Below are positions 24,701 to 38,553 of a DNA stretch of 64,000 bases, in pieces; the stretch's first letter is position 1, and each line of letters starts with the position of its first letter. The notes beneath the pieces were generated by a model that was not told where the DNA came from, ran no database searches, and was given only the letters and a program-made list of their open reading frames with translations. Both the position numbers and the translations under genes were made by a program. Origin of the DNA: Schmidtea nova (Eukaryota); contig CM097883.1 in NCBI GenBank assembly GCA_044892505.1, forward strand, positions 318,370,001 through 318,434,000, read 5' to 3'.

Positions 24701-27700
24701 GTGAATGTGAAATGTAAATTGCCTACTTATAGCAGACTCAATTTGGAAATGGTGTGTAACACTGCTTCCTACATAGGTGTGTTTAATCTTTCACAATGAA
24801 GATTATTAAATGTTCTACTTTTTTTTCTGAAGCAAAAATTCATCAAATGATTCCATACTTTCTATAATACTTTATCAGTCCTTGTAAATTGTTATTTCGC
24901 TAATGGTAATGCTAAATGATGCTCCTTTCAACCCACAAATAAATTTTAATGAAATAAAAAGCTTTCATTAGACTCACTAAGTATTAAAGAGAAAAATCGT
25001 TGTCAATAATGTAGTATTTCGTCACAGTTATTTGCTAAGAACTTTATAACAAATAATCCAAAAACTTATATTATTAAAATCTTTAATCGTCTTCATCTTT
25101 GAACTTTTTCGATTTCATAAATTTTTATATTGTTCAGACAAAAGATTAAAAATATTTTTATCCCTTGTCTGAAAAAATGAAACTAACAGAAACTTATAAT
25201 CTCAACGTGACGTAACTAAGTAAACGCTACAGAACGTACCTATTAGCAAAGCCGGCATGAGCAGTGCATAGACCTCGTTGATTAACTGCATCGCATACAT
25301 CATCCGAGTCTTCGTTTTTGCACAGTTTATGGGAACAGAAATTGCAGGATTTTGCACAATGGTATTTCATGGTTTCTTTGTATTTCTAAAAAATTAAATT
25401 ATATCTAAATCAATAATTTCCATACAATCATTAATATGAAAATTATTGATTTGAATAAAGAGATCAAAGGTGAAACCAAAAGAAAATTATGATAAATAAT
25501 ATCTAATAAATGTAACTATGGTTACGAATTAAATTTAGAAAAATGAAACTTGCACATGCATGCTATCTCGAGTTACGTGGTACTTGAGTTATAAAACATT
25601 TTGCACTAATTTTGAGTCTTAAAATATAAGGCTTTGACTTACAAATAACCATTTAATCTTGTAACTTAAAGGTTGCCTGCATACAAATACATGTTTTATA
25701 TTAATCGGTTACAAAAAAATGCTACAAAAGCTGAATCATCAAATTTCACATAATATTACAAAAAAAATAAACCATAAGAATATTATGTAAATGTCATGCA
25801 TTTGTGTTAAGTCGTTGCATACAAATGAAATAAGCCTCTCCACCAAATATCAAACTATTACAACAGCATTTACTACTTGCTCAAATAAGAACTAATTCGC
25901 ACTGTTTCAACTGTCAAATAACACAGAAATAAGTATTATTTTATAATTGAACATTTTCACATAATAACATATTGCAGCCGGGCCCGGCGCCACGGGGGGC
26001 ATTTGGGGGAAATGCCCCCTGAAAAGGGAAATGCCCCCAAAACCGAGATGTCTTAAAAAATTTAGGTGTCTATTTTTCTGTTAATGAGCTGTTAAATGAG
26101 CTGGCTTCGCGTGGAGATGTTGAAGCGTTGGGACATCTAAATAGTGGGAAATTTCTTCAAATGTGTGAATACACGCTTGATATTGATCCAAAATTGAGCG
26201 AGATTTCTCAAACGATACCTGCTAATGCTAAGTATACTTCACATGAAATGCAGGATTTGTTAGTAAAGGTTAAGGAACATTCTTTAACTCCTCAACTTCT
26301 ACAAAATCTGTCACGAAAGATTCTTGAAAGACTTAACTGCAGCCTTATTATGAGCACATTGAGTAATGCAGATTGCGAAGACGAAAATAATTCCATGCAA
26401 AATGGCAATCGTCAAGTGTTTTTCGAGATTTTGGATGAAGTAATTAATGAATTACAGTCACGTTTTTCCAAATCAAACTGCGATTTGATTGCGGCGCTAG
26501 ATGCACTTTTACCTGGTAACAAAAACATTTTCCTTCAGGAAATAAAGATTGAACCATTGCTAAGTCTTGTAGCTGCAAGTGATAAGAAATTTACTGACAA
26601 ATCCCTGACAGCTGAGATTGTCGTCGCGAAAGAGCTAATTAACAAATCATCTATTGCCAATTCAAAAAAAATAGATGTTCTTGCTTCATTCCTGTCAAAT
26701 TACAGAGATGCATTCCCACACTTTTATCACCTTATCTGTTGCTCTCTTCTGTTGTCGGCTTCCACAATAACATGTGAAGCAACATTCTCAATATTGACGC
26801 GTTTAATGTCTCCCTACTGAAAGTGCAAGGCTGTGCAAAGAAAACTAGACCTGGCGTTATTAGCTTATGAGAAGGAAGAATCGAAGCTCGTCAGTTGTGA
26901 ATACGCTCTACCATTGTTTCAGGAGAGTAGTCGGCGTCTGATTTTGTAAAGCCTGCTTTTATACTGCTGTTGAACACATGCTGCATGTGTTTTTTATATT
27001 CTTGTATTGTCAAAGTAGAATATACCAATATTGGCTTTTATCTGTCAATATTTGATATATGGATGAGCAAAGGGTTCTAAATATGATGATAAATATAAGA
27101 TGATACTCGCAGACAATAAGACAAATGTCGATAGGACCGTTTTTTTTGTAATTTAAAATTTAAGGGGTTGCCCCACCAGTATCAATAATTGACCCCCCCC
27201 CATTGAATCATTCCTGGCGCCGGGCCCGATTGCAGCAAAGACTTATTTTGTTATTTATTAATTATTTAACATTTAATTAATGCTGCTACCAAGAAAGCAC
27301 CAAAATATTACAAAAGTATTAAACGAAAACGAAAAGCATATACAATGTCACTGTATTCAGTGTTTCAATCCATGAAAGTGTGTGTGTCACTATGATTATA
27401 GAACTGAAATGTTAGTATGCATGAAATCAGAAAAGTCACAGAAAGAATTTTTAGTTCCTTCATAAATGGCTCATTTAATGGTGGATAATAGAGAAGCCTG
27501 TAGACTTTCTGCTCAATGTTTGGCTATAACTGCTTAAAACATTCAGATAGAGAAATAATGGGTCTGAGATTATAATCAAACAAAGAGTTCGGCATGCCTT
27601 CAATGATCAGTTCAAGTATATGGTGTCGGTTGAGAAAATGCAAGAAGATTATTCTTACCTGTTTCTGCAACAATTAGCATGTCTCTTATTTTTTATTTTA

Positions 27701-30700
27701 AGAGATATTCACTGTCTAAATCCTCATCGTTTGCTATCACTATAATCGTTGCTAAGAAAGTAAACTTTCTGTCTGAGAGGATGATGGGATTTAATGTAGA
27801 TGCAACATCATGAGAACTCAAACATTTTCTGCAAAGTTTGCGGTTTCTTAAACATATCTTCATACAAATTATTTCTTGAAGTAAAAAGGAATCTCAATGT
27901 CATAATTATAATAGTCACCATCCTCTGTGTCCTTGTTATTTTCTCTTTTGTTGCTTGTTCCCTGCCATTTAATAATACTAACATGTTGCATTTTCCTTGT
28001 TTTTTTTTCATGTTTTTCCATAAATTATTTCTACTCCTTTCTTTTTTTTACTTATGCCCTCCTATTTAGTTAACTTCTTGTCAAAACTTAGCATTTTCAT
28101 TATTCTTGGTTCTCTCTTGATCCTTTGAGAAATCCTGTCTTTTTCACTTTTAATCCTTTCATTTTATTCTTTGTGTACTATATCAAACAGTTGAGTCCAT
28201 TTGAATTTAAAAGACATCCTGTTGAGTGCTTTTTGCAAAGAACTCCTTGTTTTATTTTTCTTCAGCAAATTGTACTTGTCGACAAAACCCTTCATCATTG
28301 TTACTATGTTCTATCACAATACCACTAGAATAAGTGAATCGCACTAAACTATAAAAAAGTGGTCAATAGTGAATCGTAAACTATGAAATATCGTTTCCTT
28401 CAATATGTTGTGATGATGAAAAACAACCTGTAATACTTGACTTGACATTGTCAAAAGATTTCCTGGTAAACTTGGCACTACTTGCCCAATTCTGTGTTGT
28501 TTCTTGTTGACAGACCTTGCAAACTATCCGGTGTAGCTAGCGTCATTGGAAATTACAAACTGGGAAAATAATTGCAATTAATAACTCTAAATATCAATCG
28601 GTTTCAAAATTATTTTGTGAGATCATTTACTATGTCAAAAGTAACAAATTTGACAACTAAGTTTATAAAAAAGGAACCCATAAAAACAAGTTTTTAATGT
28701 AACTCTTTCTTTTTCTCATGTTCTCGGTTAATTTTATTGTTGTTTCATTGTTTGGTAGTTTCTTGGCAACAGTAAATTAAAAAATCACATTGTTTCAAAA
28801 TTTTTTAAATTTTCAATGGAATAATTTGTGGGCCACCACTAGTCTGTTTGCAAATTTTCAGATCGATTGGATATCGGGAAGTGGGTTAAAAATCGATCCA
28901 AAGTTTGACAAGAAAACAAACAGAAATTGGAAGTTAAAAGAAAGAGTTAAAAAAATGTTGTTTTTTTCATTATATATGTATACAAATTTTCACTTTTTTT
29001 GACATTTTATGGATAAAGCAAATCAAGAAAAATTACTGTCAGTCGGATTCAGCATATTGAAATTACTCAGAATTCACTCAAAGATCGGTGGCAATAAAAA
29101 TTGTGTTGACCAGTGTAATCAAAGTTTTTTTTTCTCTTAAAAAATACAAACGTGCTTGTGTTGAAGTTACCTCTTGTAACCCTGTTACGCTATAGTGCTC
29201 ATTTAATTTTATGAATAAAGAACTTTTTCGCTTTAAAATACATTTTTTAATTCGATATCTTTTAAATAAGATCCTTTAAATTAATAAAATTCATTAAATT
29301 AAAAAATTAATTACATATCACAAAAGATATCTGAGAAAAGAATGGGTGACCTTTACGCATATTTTGCTAAAAAATTCAGAAAAAACTTGACGTTGGAGTT
29401 GAAAATGAATGTTATAAAGTGCATTGGAAACGGTATACGGCAGTCTGCAGTTTTCTCTAGCCTTCGGTTGGCTGGATCAGCCATAAGAATTATCTTCGAA
29501 ATGTCATAACATTAAGAAATCTGTTTCTACATCAATGTCATAATTTGCCAAAAAAGTATAAGTTTATCTTTATCAGACCCAAATGATCTTTCTTGGCATA
29601 ATCTTTACCTAATTTTCGATGATAATTTTTCAAACACAGAAAGCCTCTTAAACGTTTAATTTATTTTAGTTTTGTATATTTTTAAATTGCTTTAATCTTT
29701 TCATTATCTTTTTCACACCATTTTTATTTATAATAATATTTAGGGAAATTTTGAAAAATAGAATTTTTTTGTCATTTATCTGAAAAATAGAACTTTTTTT
29801 GAATATATTTTAAAAATAGAACTCGGCAATTGTTTCGAATTCTGTATTCACTGGAAACTCTTACATGAGTTAAACTGCATTACAAATGATATAAACGTAT
29901 ATTTTAGAAATTTTCAATTTACCGATTTTATTTTTAAACTAGAAAATAAACCCGTCTTGCCGGGGTGTTTTTAATTTATTAAATCTGCTTCTAACAAAAT
30001 TATGTTTATTATTTATGGTACACTTTATTTATTAAATAATAAAAATTTTAAAAAATACTTATGCAAAGAATTATTTTATTAGAATTAATTTTATTTTACA
30101 ATTTTTAACTACTTACAATTATAAGTAGTAATTTTTAAAAATAAAATTAAAAAAATTTTATTTAATGCGACAGACAGAGACAGTCGCAAATTAGTATTAT
30201 AGACTAGAAAATAAACCCGTCTTGCCGGGGTGTTTTTAAGAGTTTAAATTAAGAGCAAACGTGTTATTTAACAATAGTATATGATGTTCTTGTCACTGTA
30301 AAAAAAATAATGCTTATTTTAAAATAAATAAATTAATGTTTTATTTTTAATAAAAGAATCTCAGTAATTTAAAAATAAATAGATTGGGGTAAATAAGATA
30401 GTTACATATTTATTACAAATATTACATATTCAGGTTAGATAATTAACATATGTGTACATATACATCGATATGTACATAAAAAAACCTTTTTTAATTTTTA
30501 TATAATTTTGTTGGTCCACCCCTTAATAAAGTCCGCTCCAAATATTTTTGATTATCATTATTAATTTATCTAGTTTCATCTGATAGTGATTTGGAAAAAA
30601 AAATAAATATGCATATTACAGATAACTTCTAATTTTTTTATTCTTTATTTTTATTCTTACGTGTGGTCTTTTATCTTAATCACAAGTTGATTGGTGGTCG

Positions 30701-33700
30701 CAGAATTGTTTTCATGTGATGCATATATAATATACATTGCACATGTTTGTCATGTAGACTCCATTTGATTATCCAATTTTAATGAATTAACCCAATTTTC
30801 TTTTAAATAAATAAAAAATAAATAAATAAAATAATATTGAATAAAAATAAATATTAAATAAATAAATAGGAATTAATAAGAATAATTAATATAAATATAA
30901 ATAAATTAAATTTGTATAATTAAATAAAATAATAAGGCAAAATTTATTTAAAATAATTAATTTATTAAATCTGCTTCTAACAAAATTATGTTTATTATTT
31001 ATGGTACACTTTATTTATTAAATAATAAAAATTTTAAAAAATACTTATGCAAAGAATTATTTTATTAGAATTAATTTTATTTTACAATTTTTAACTACTT
31101 ACAATTATAAGTAGTAATTTTTAAAAATAAAATTAAAAAAATTTTATTTAATGCGACAGACAGAGACNNNNNNNNNNNNNNNNNNNNNNNNNNNNNNNNN
31201 NNNNNNNNNNNNNNNNNNNNNNNNNNNNNNNNNNNNNNNNNNNNNNNNNNNNNNNNNNNNNNNNNNNNNNNNNNNNNNNNNNNNNNNNNNNNNNNNNNNN
31301 NNNNNNNNNNNNNNNNNNNNNNNNNNNNNNNNNNNNNNNNNNNNNNNNNNNNNNNNNNNNNNNNNNNNNNNNNNNNTTTTATTATTAATTTTATTATTAA
31401 TTTTATTATTAATTTTATTATTAATTTTAACTACTTACAATTATAAGTAGTAATTTTTAAAAATAAAATTAAAAAAATTTTATTTAATGCGACAGACAGA
31501 GACAGTCGCGAATTAGTATTATAGATTATTCTATCTTATTATTTTATTTATTAACCGTAATGTTTTATATAATTAATTTAAAACCTGTAATGTATAAAAC
31601 ATTGTCTCTAAATAATTCTATTTTATAAAATTATTCAAAAAAACTGTAATGTTTTATAAATTCATCCATAAAAACTGTAATATTTTATCAATTTATCTAA
31701 CAAATGATATACTAATATATTTATTCAAAAAAGTTCTATTATTCAAATTTATTAAAAAAGTTCTATTTTTCAAATAAACGACAAAAAAAATTCCATTTTT
31801 CAGAATGCCCCTACTATATAATATCTTATTTGTTAAAATGACATTTTTCTAGACTAATTTTCAAACCAGCTTGTTGAATTCTTGAAACATATCTTTTCTA
31901 ATCTTTTCTACGTCCTATCTCATTGTATGCAAGTATAATGATGGCGTCGAAAAAGACAATTGATTCTCACCAATTGAGTAATTAATTTTTGAAAAGGGGT
32001 TGGAGCAGCGGCTATTCCAAAAGGTAATCGGTTAAAGAAATATTGTCCATCTTTTGTTGAAAATGCATTTTTTAATTTTGATTCATTTTCTAATTCCACT
32101 TGATAATAGACATTGATGAAATCGATCAGGATTAATATCTGTGCGTCATATAGAATATCTACCATCTCTATGTTTGGTTTTGGAAATCGATGTCCCTTCA
32201 TAATTGCATTTAGTTTTTTATAAGACACGAACCAATGGGCTAGCTCATTCTGAAATCACATTTTTTTAAATAGTTCCTGATTCTTCTATATTTTAGCATT
32301 TCAAGTACTTTTTGAGCAATATGAATAGGTAATCTTTTAGCATTACTGGTTACTGACCTTCCGCACGTGACTATCTTATGCTTAATTAATATCGTTTTCA
32401 CCCATGTCCCATTTATGCTGCATGAATATTTCCAAAAATTCTTTGATTAATTAATTTATGGTTAAATTAACCCTTTCCTATCCTGTGTCTATAAAAATAT
32501 GACAAAAAAAATTAACCATTCTATCCTCTGTCTGTAAAAAAATGACATTATTTTTGAATAGTTTATTTCCAATGCACTGTCGATTATAATTTGGAAGGAT
32601 GTCTAAGCGTTTGCGTGGTGAAGAAGTGTTAGAGAACTTTTTTTGAAATTTTATTAGGATTAGAACGGGCGGGACACATAAAATAAAGAAGATAGGAAAG
32701 GGTTAACCTCTAATTAAATTGCATTCTAAATTCATTAGTTGATTGATTTTTACTTCAGCTACTACCTGTAATCTAATATCAAAACAATTCATCATTTTTA
32801 CGGCTAACGTTATTTGCCACGAAAATCGAATTACAAATTCTAATTCAAAAGTTTTATAGAACGCAATTGCCAGTAAGTCAACTGTATATGTATTATTAGA
32901 ACATCTGAATAAGTATTTCACATAATGCTTATTCAATTTTTGTTTCATTATATTAGTTTTGTATGTTTTATTTGTTTATATTAAACCAGTAAATATGCCC
33001 TATTCATAAATTTTCGAATGAAAAAATAACTCAGCCCTCAAAGGGTTAAATAATGTTGTCCCTATGATTTTAAGTGTACTTTCGTTTGAACAAATAACTG
33101 TAATATTAGATTTTCCTATTTTATCACACATTTTTAATTTATTAAAATATCTTCGCTTATAATATTTATTCCGGTCACGATGACCAAAAGACAAATACTT
33201 TTTATTTTATTTTCTATACGATTACCTATATTAGGTCTGTTTTTTCATAAACGTTTTTAGGTGCAAATAATTTTTCTTTATTTTCATAAAATTTACTATT
33301 AATTATATTAATATTATCAATTTTATAGACTGTATTCAAGTCATTTTCATAATCAAAACTCATACATTTACAGTTATTCATCATTAATTTTTTAATAATC
33401 TCTTAATTCAGTCATTACAAAAATTTCAAAATCACAAGCATTCAAATTCAAACATTCTGTATCAATAATACACTAACTTATAACAAATTTATGGCTCCTT
33501 GCTACTTCCTTACAATTGGAAAAAAGCATACTTACTTCACTTCATTGCAAACAACCATTCTAGCATCAGCCATCAAATATTAGAATCATAGTGAACCGGT
33601 TATATACGAATCTGGAGCACAGTTTTCTGATACCCATGTATTTCAATTTGGCGTGGGCTGTACCAACACTGATGTTGAGCTTCGTTGACAGCATTTTCAT

Positions 33701-36700
33701 GGTGATTCGACGCTCTTCTTGGACAATCTTCTCCAATTTTTCATCAACTGTGTCAAAAATTTCTTGTGGCCGACCTGATTTTTCTTGATCAAAAACGGAG
33801 GTGCGGCCACCTTTAAACTCCCTGACCCAATATTTAACAGTTGTCAGGGATGGGGAGTCATGTAGGTAAGTTGACTGCAAAAGATCGTAGATTTCACTGC
33901 ACGTCTTCTTCTGCAACACAAAGAACTTGATAACGCTGCGATACTCAACGTCTGAAATCATTACACCGACGAAAATTCAAAATGTCAATAAAAATTTTAA
34001 TGCGTTTGATAAAATAAAACAATAACTGAAATCAAAACCTATATTTATTTATTTATTTACACAAAAAAACTAAAATTTGTCATTACATTTTTTTTACCTT
34101 TGGTCGGGTACTTATTGAACGCACCACGTAATTAGTTTATTATAAATTGTTATTATTTCATATGTATTACAGCTCTACATTTGGGTGTATTCCAGACCCA
34201 CGTATGTTAATTAAATTTATTACATAATTATTTTTGAGTCCTTCGTAATTTTTAAAATGTCAAAAAGGCAAAGTAATAAATCGGTTAAGAAAACTCGCAA
34301 TGTGGTGATTTTGGAAAAAAACTAAAAATTATTGAAAAGATAAAAAGTGGAAGTGATTTTAAATGGGCTGAGTCTACAGTGCGTTCAATTGTGCGGCAAA
34401 AAGATAAAATTAAAAACGCTTGAGAGAGTTTCTTCAATTACAGCGATACAAATTTCAAGAACCAGAAGTGTTTTGATGATGGAAATGGAGTATTTATTAA
34501 GAAATGGGATAGAGGATCTGAATCAAAACCACATGCCTACTAGTGCCCAAATCATAATGAATAAATCACTTAGTCTTTATGGTCATTTTGAAACTAAACA
34601 TGGAGGAGGAGAAATATTTAAAGGAAGCAAAGGTTGGTTTTATCGGTTTAGAAAACGATCAAACTTGCAAAACCTTAAAATGATAGGTGATTCAGCTAGT
34701 TCAGAAGTAGAATCAGTAGAAAAATATCCGATGGAGTTTCGTGGAATTGTAGAAAGGGGAAATTATCCACCAAATTTAATTTTTAATGTGGACGAAACTT
34801 TACTTAATTGGAAATTAATGCCAACACACACGTTTATTTCCATTGAGGAGAAGACTGCTTCTTGTTTTAAAGCATCCAAGGACCATCTAACTCTTCTTGT
34901 TCTAAAGCATCCAAGGACCGTCTTACTCTTCTCGGTGGAAATGCAACCGGAGAATTAAAATTGAAATCTTTGTTGATCTACCAATCAGAAAATCCTTGTG
35001 CCATTACAAGTTACTCTAAATAAAATTTATCACTTTTTCGGCAAAGTAACCGTAAGGCTTGGATGACACAAAATTTATTTATGGACTGGTTTCTACCCAG
35101 CAATTAAAAGAATATTACGAGGATATTGAAGTTGAACCTTGAGCTCTTCTGGCATTGGACAATGCACCAGAACTTGAGACGCTGTGCACTGATTTTCCCG
35201 TTGAAGTAGTATTTTACCTCAAAATACCACTTACATCTTACAGTCTATGAATCATAGCGCTATAGCAGCTTTCAAATCTTATTATTTAAGAAAAAAAGAA
35301 ATGTCAACTCATAGAAAAAACTGATGGAGGTGATAGAGATGCCATGCAGCTTTTGTAGAAACAATTTAATATTATGATAGCTTTCAGAAACATCGACGAA
35401 GCGCGGAATGAAGTCACCCAGTCGTGTATAAAAGGTGTTAAGAAAAAAAGTGTTTAGTGAAATTGTTGAAGTTTACTGCAGTTATGAAAATGATATTCAA
35501 AATATCATTGAAGAGATTAGTCATATAGCCATTTCTGGAGGCATGGAAGATGTTGCTGAAGATGATATTCAGATTTGTTAAAATCTCACGGCAACCCCTT
35601 AACTAATGAAGAGCTGCAGGAAATTGAGTGCCATACATACCTAGAAAATGACGTCTCCAAACCTGTTACTGTGAGAAATTCGACTATTAAAACCATCGAA
35701 AAGACCCTTTCTCTTCACAATCATGCATGGGGTTGTTAGAAGAGAACGACGAAGACTACGAGTGGGTGAGTGTGATGTAATGCCTTACTTGACAGTTATC
35801 GGCAAATTTTGTTCAATAAACGTTGTTATTATTAATGTCTATATAATAAATAAAGTGTTTTTCGAATTTTACAATGCTGTTTTTCAAAAATCCACCATTG
35901 ATCGCGAAATTTCACCTAACGCGATCATGCCCAGAACGTATGTGAATGAAACGGGGTTTCCTGTGCAATTATATATTATGAATTATATATTTATAAATTT
36001 GATTTCTAATTAAGTCTATATCTAGTGCAGTGGTTCCCAACCTGTGGCCCGCGGGCCAGAAGTAGCCCGCCGGACATAAAAAGTGGCCCTCGGCTTCTCA
36101 ACAAAGAACACTAAAAATATATCACAATTACACCTTCCATGGAAAACGTTTGCCCTAAATTTAGTTTAAAACTATGATATATCAGTATAGTTAAATAAAC
36201 CATTGACGTCGGACAAACGTGCCCCCCTCTCTTACTATTTCCATGGCAAAGCAGGAGAGAGGGCGCGTTCAGCCTTACAAGAGAGAGGGGTCGTTTGCAT
36301 TTACCAAATTAATATATTTCAGTAGCTAGATGGGCATATAATAGTAAAATCTAAAGTTTATACTATAGACTCATCATTGAGATTTTATCTTCGAAATTTT
36401 TAGTTATTTTAACCTTTTGGCCCTTCGTGCCCTCCAACTAAAAAAAAGTGGCCCTAAGCCAAAATAGGTTGGGAATCACTGATCTAGTGGGATCATATGG
36501 AAAAGAATTAAAGAAAATAAGAATATTTTTACAAATATGACTATTCCTTTTTTTCGTATACATGTCTTAATTTTGTTAAGGTCGTGTTTAAATAAGCATG
36601 AAATAAAATAAAAAGCACAAAAACTATGTGCAATTCAATACAAAACACAAGATATTTAAAACTGATAATTAAAGTACAATAATTAATTATAATTTGATGG

Positions 36701-38518
36701 GAAATACGAGTCGTCAACAAAGTTATCTTTTTATCAAGAAGATCGGATGGGTAGAGGAAGCCCGAGTGAGCAACCACAAATCCAATTACCCCAAACTAAT
36801 TTGAAATCCCGCAGGAAAAAAAAGAAGGGAAACCCAGTGGTAAAAAAAATTCGATTAACCAATGATTTAATTATTTTTAAGGAAAACCCCAGAAGCAATC
36901 TGATTTACTCCGAAGATAAAATAGAAAATTGGGATTACCAACAGAAATTTAATTAGTGCATAATTAGCCCAAGTGACAGGAGTCACTATATAAACTCAGA
37001 CAAATGGGTCAAATTTCCAGTTTGTAGAAGCACGAAATTATAATTCAAAATTACATAAATATTTTTTAAAGCGAAAAAGGGACGAGGTTTTAAAGTTTAC
37101 AGATGGTTAAAATTTGTGTCAAATCAATTGTTTGCGTACCAGAAAGGTGGGTCTCCTATTGGAAGACCTATCACTAACGCTTGAAGAGTGCAAATAATTG
37201 TGTAACTGTAATTCTGTGGTGAAATTTGAAAATAAAGATTATTGTGTTGGGTTTTGTTAATTTGTTTACAAAGAAAACAGACGAGAAGTCAGACAGTAAC
37301 CGACTATTTTATAATAATCACAATTTTATTTTTGGGTGATATATTTCCAATCCAAAAGCATGAAACTTTTTAACCTGACATTGCCCATCATTTGCAAAGT
37401 ATTGGCAATTGGATACCAAATCTTTACATTCTGTCCGAGTATCTATTTCATGAGCTTTAGCAACTTCTTGTTCAGTTTTGTTCGGCTCATTCCTATCATA
37501 GTCGTTTCCACATTTTCCACAAGATCCCAAGCAAATCTTTAAAGTAGTCCCATTGCATTTATTCTTTATAAATTCAAGTAAATTGTTTAAACTTAAACTT
37601 CAACCGTCTACTTCTCTGAACATTGCATCGCAATAAGAATCTGGTGAATAATTTCTACAAGGAGCATTTGGCTTTTTAATTGTCATGTTTGTCGAACACG
37701 TCCCGCATGAAAGAGCACAGTTAGCTTTCATGAATCCAGGATTGACAGTGCATTGTCCTTTTTCAGCCCAGTCTTCGCATAAATGAGAATTGTGTCTATC
37801 TTTGCATAAAAATTCAATTATGCTTGGGTCTGAATGATTTCCACAGGTATTGCAACTTTTTTTACAGTAAACTTTTGTCCATGTATCAAAATAGCAGAAA
37901 CCGTCGTTTTTGTTTCTTTGACATTGAGCTTTGTCAAGGTCAACACATTCTAAATAAAAACACATAAAAATAAATATAAATTATTGTTATATTAAAAATA
38001 AGGAAAAGAAATTTGAACTTCACAATGAAATTAGTATAAAAGATCTTTGCTTTCGGTTGAAAACTGAAATATTTTCTCTATTCTGTTTACTCATTTACAA
38101 AATTTTTGCTTTGAGTAAAAATGTATATTATAGAGTGAATTCCACATAAATATCTTTCATGAGAAAAGTGAAAATGTGTTGCAAATAACAGCATAAAGAC
38201 GAATTCAATAATTTTGAATTGATGCGGAGTCATATATAGTGTAACTGCAAAATACAAACTAGATAATTAATTAATTACAATTTTATTGACGACATTAATC
38301 AATTCTTTTGGAAAACAAAATCACCTAGTTTGATAAGCACGATAGCTGTCTGTCAAATAATGGGTGCGGAATAAAAGGTTTTATTTATCCATTTACTGAT
38401 ATCATCGAAAATGGGTAAAGATTGTGGATCTTGCTCGAAGAATTAAAACTGTTAATGGGAACACTGGGTATAAAAGCAAAGTTTTATTCCATAAAAATTT
38501 ACATCCATGATCATCATC

Positions 38519-38553
<35 letters not shown>

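Larger units (their letters stand above)
29500..32250 (-). pseudogene. Gypsy pol remnant (RT to RNase H start) split by nested insertions
   Basis: SYKKLNA..RFPKPNIE..YYQVEL..AFST..FNRLPFGIAAAPTPFQ (32228..31920) is RT; IDVETD near 29530 is the RNase H start; interrupted at 29743..31811. Confidence 0.85.
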
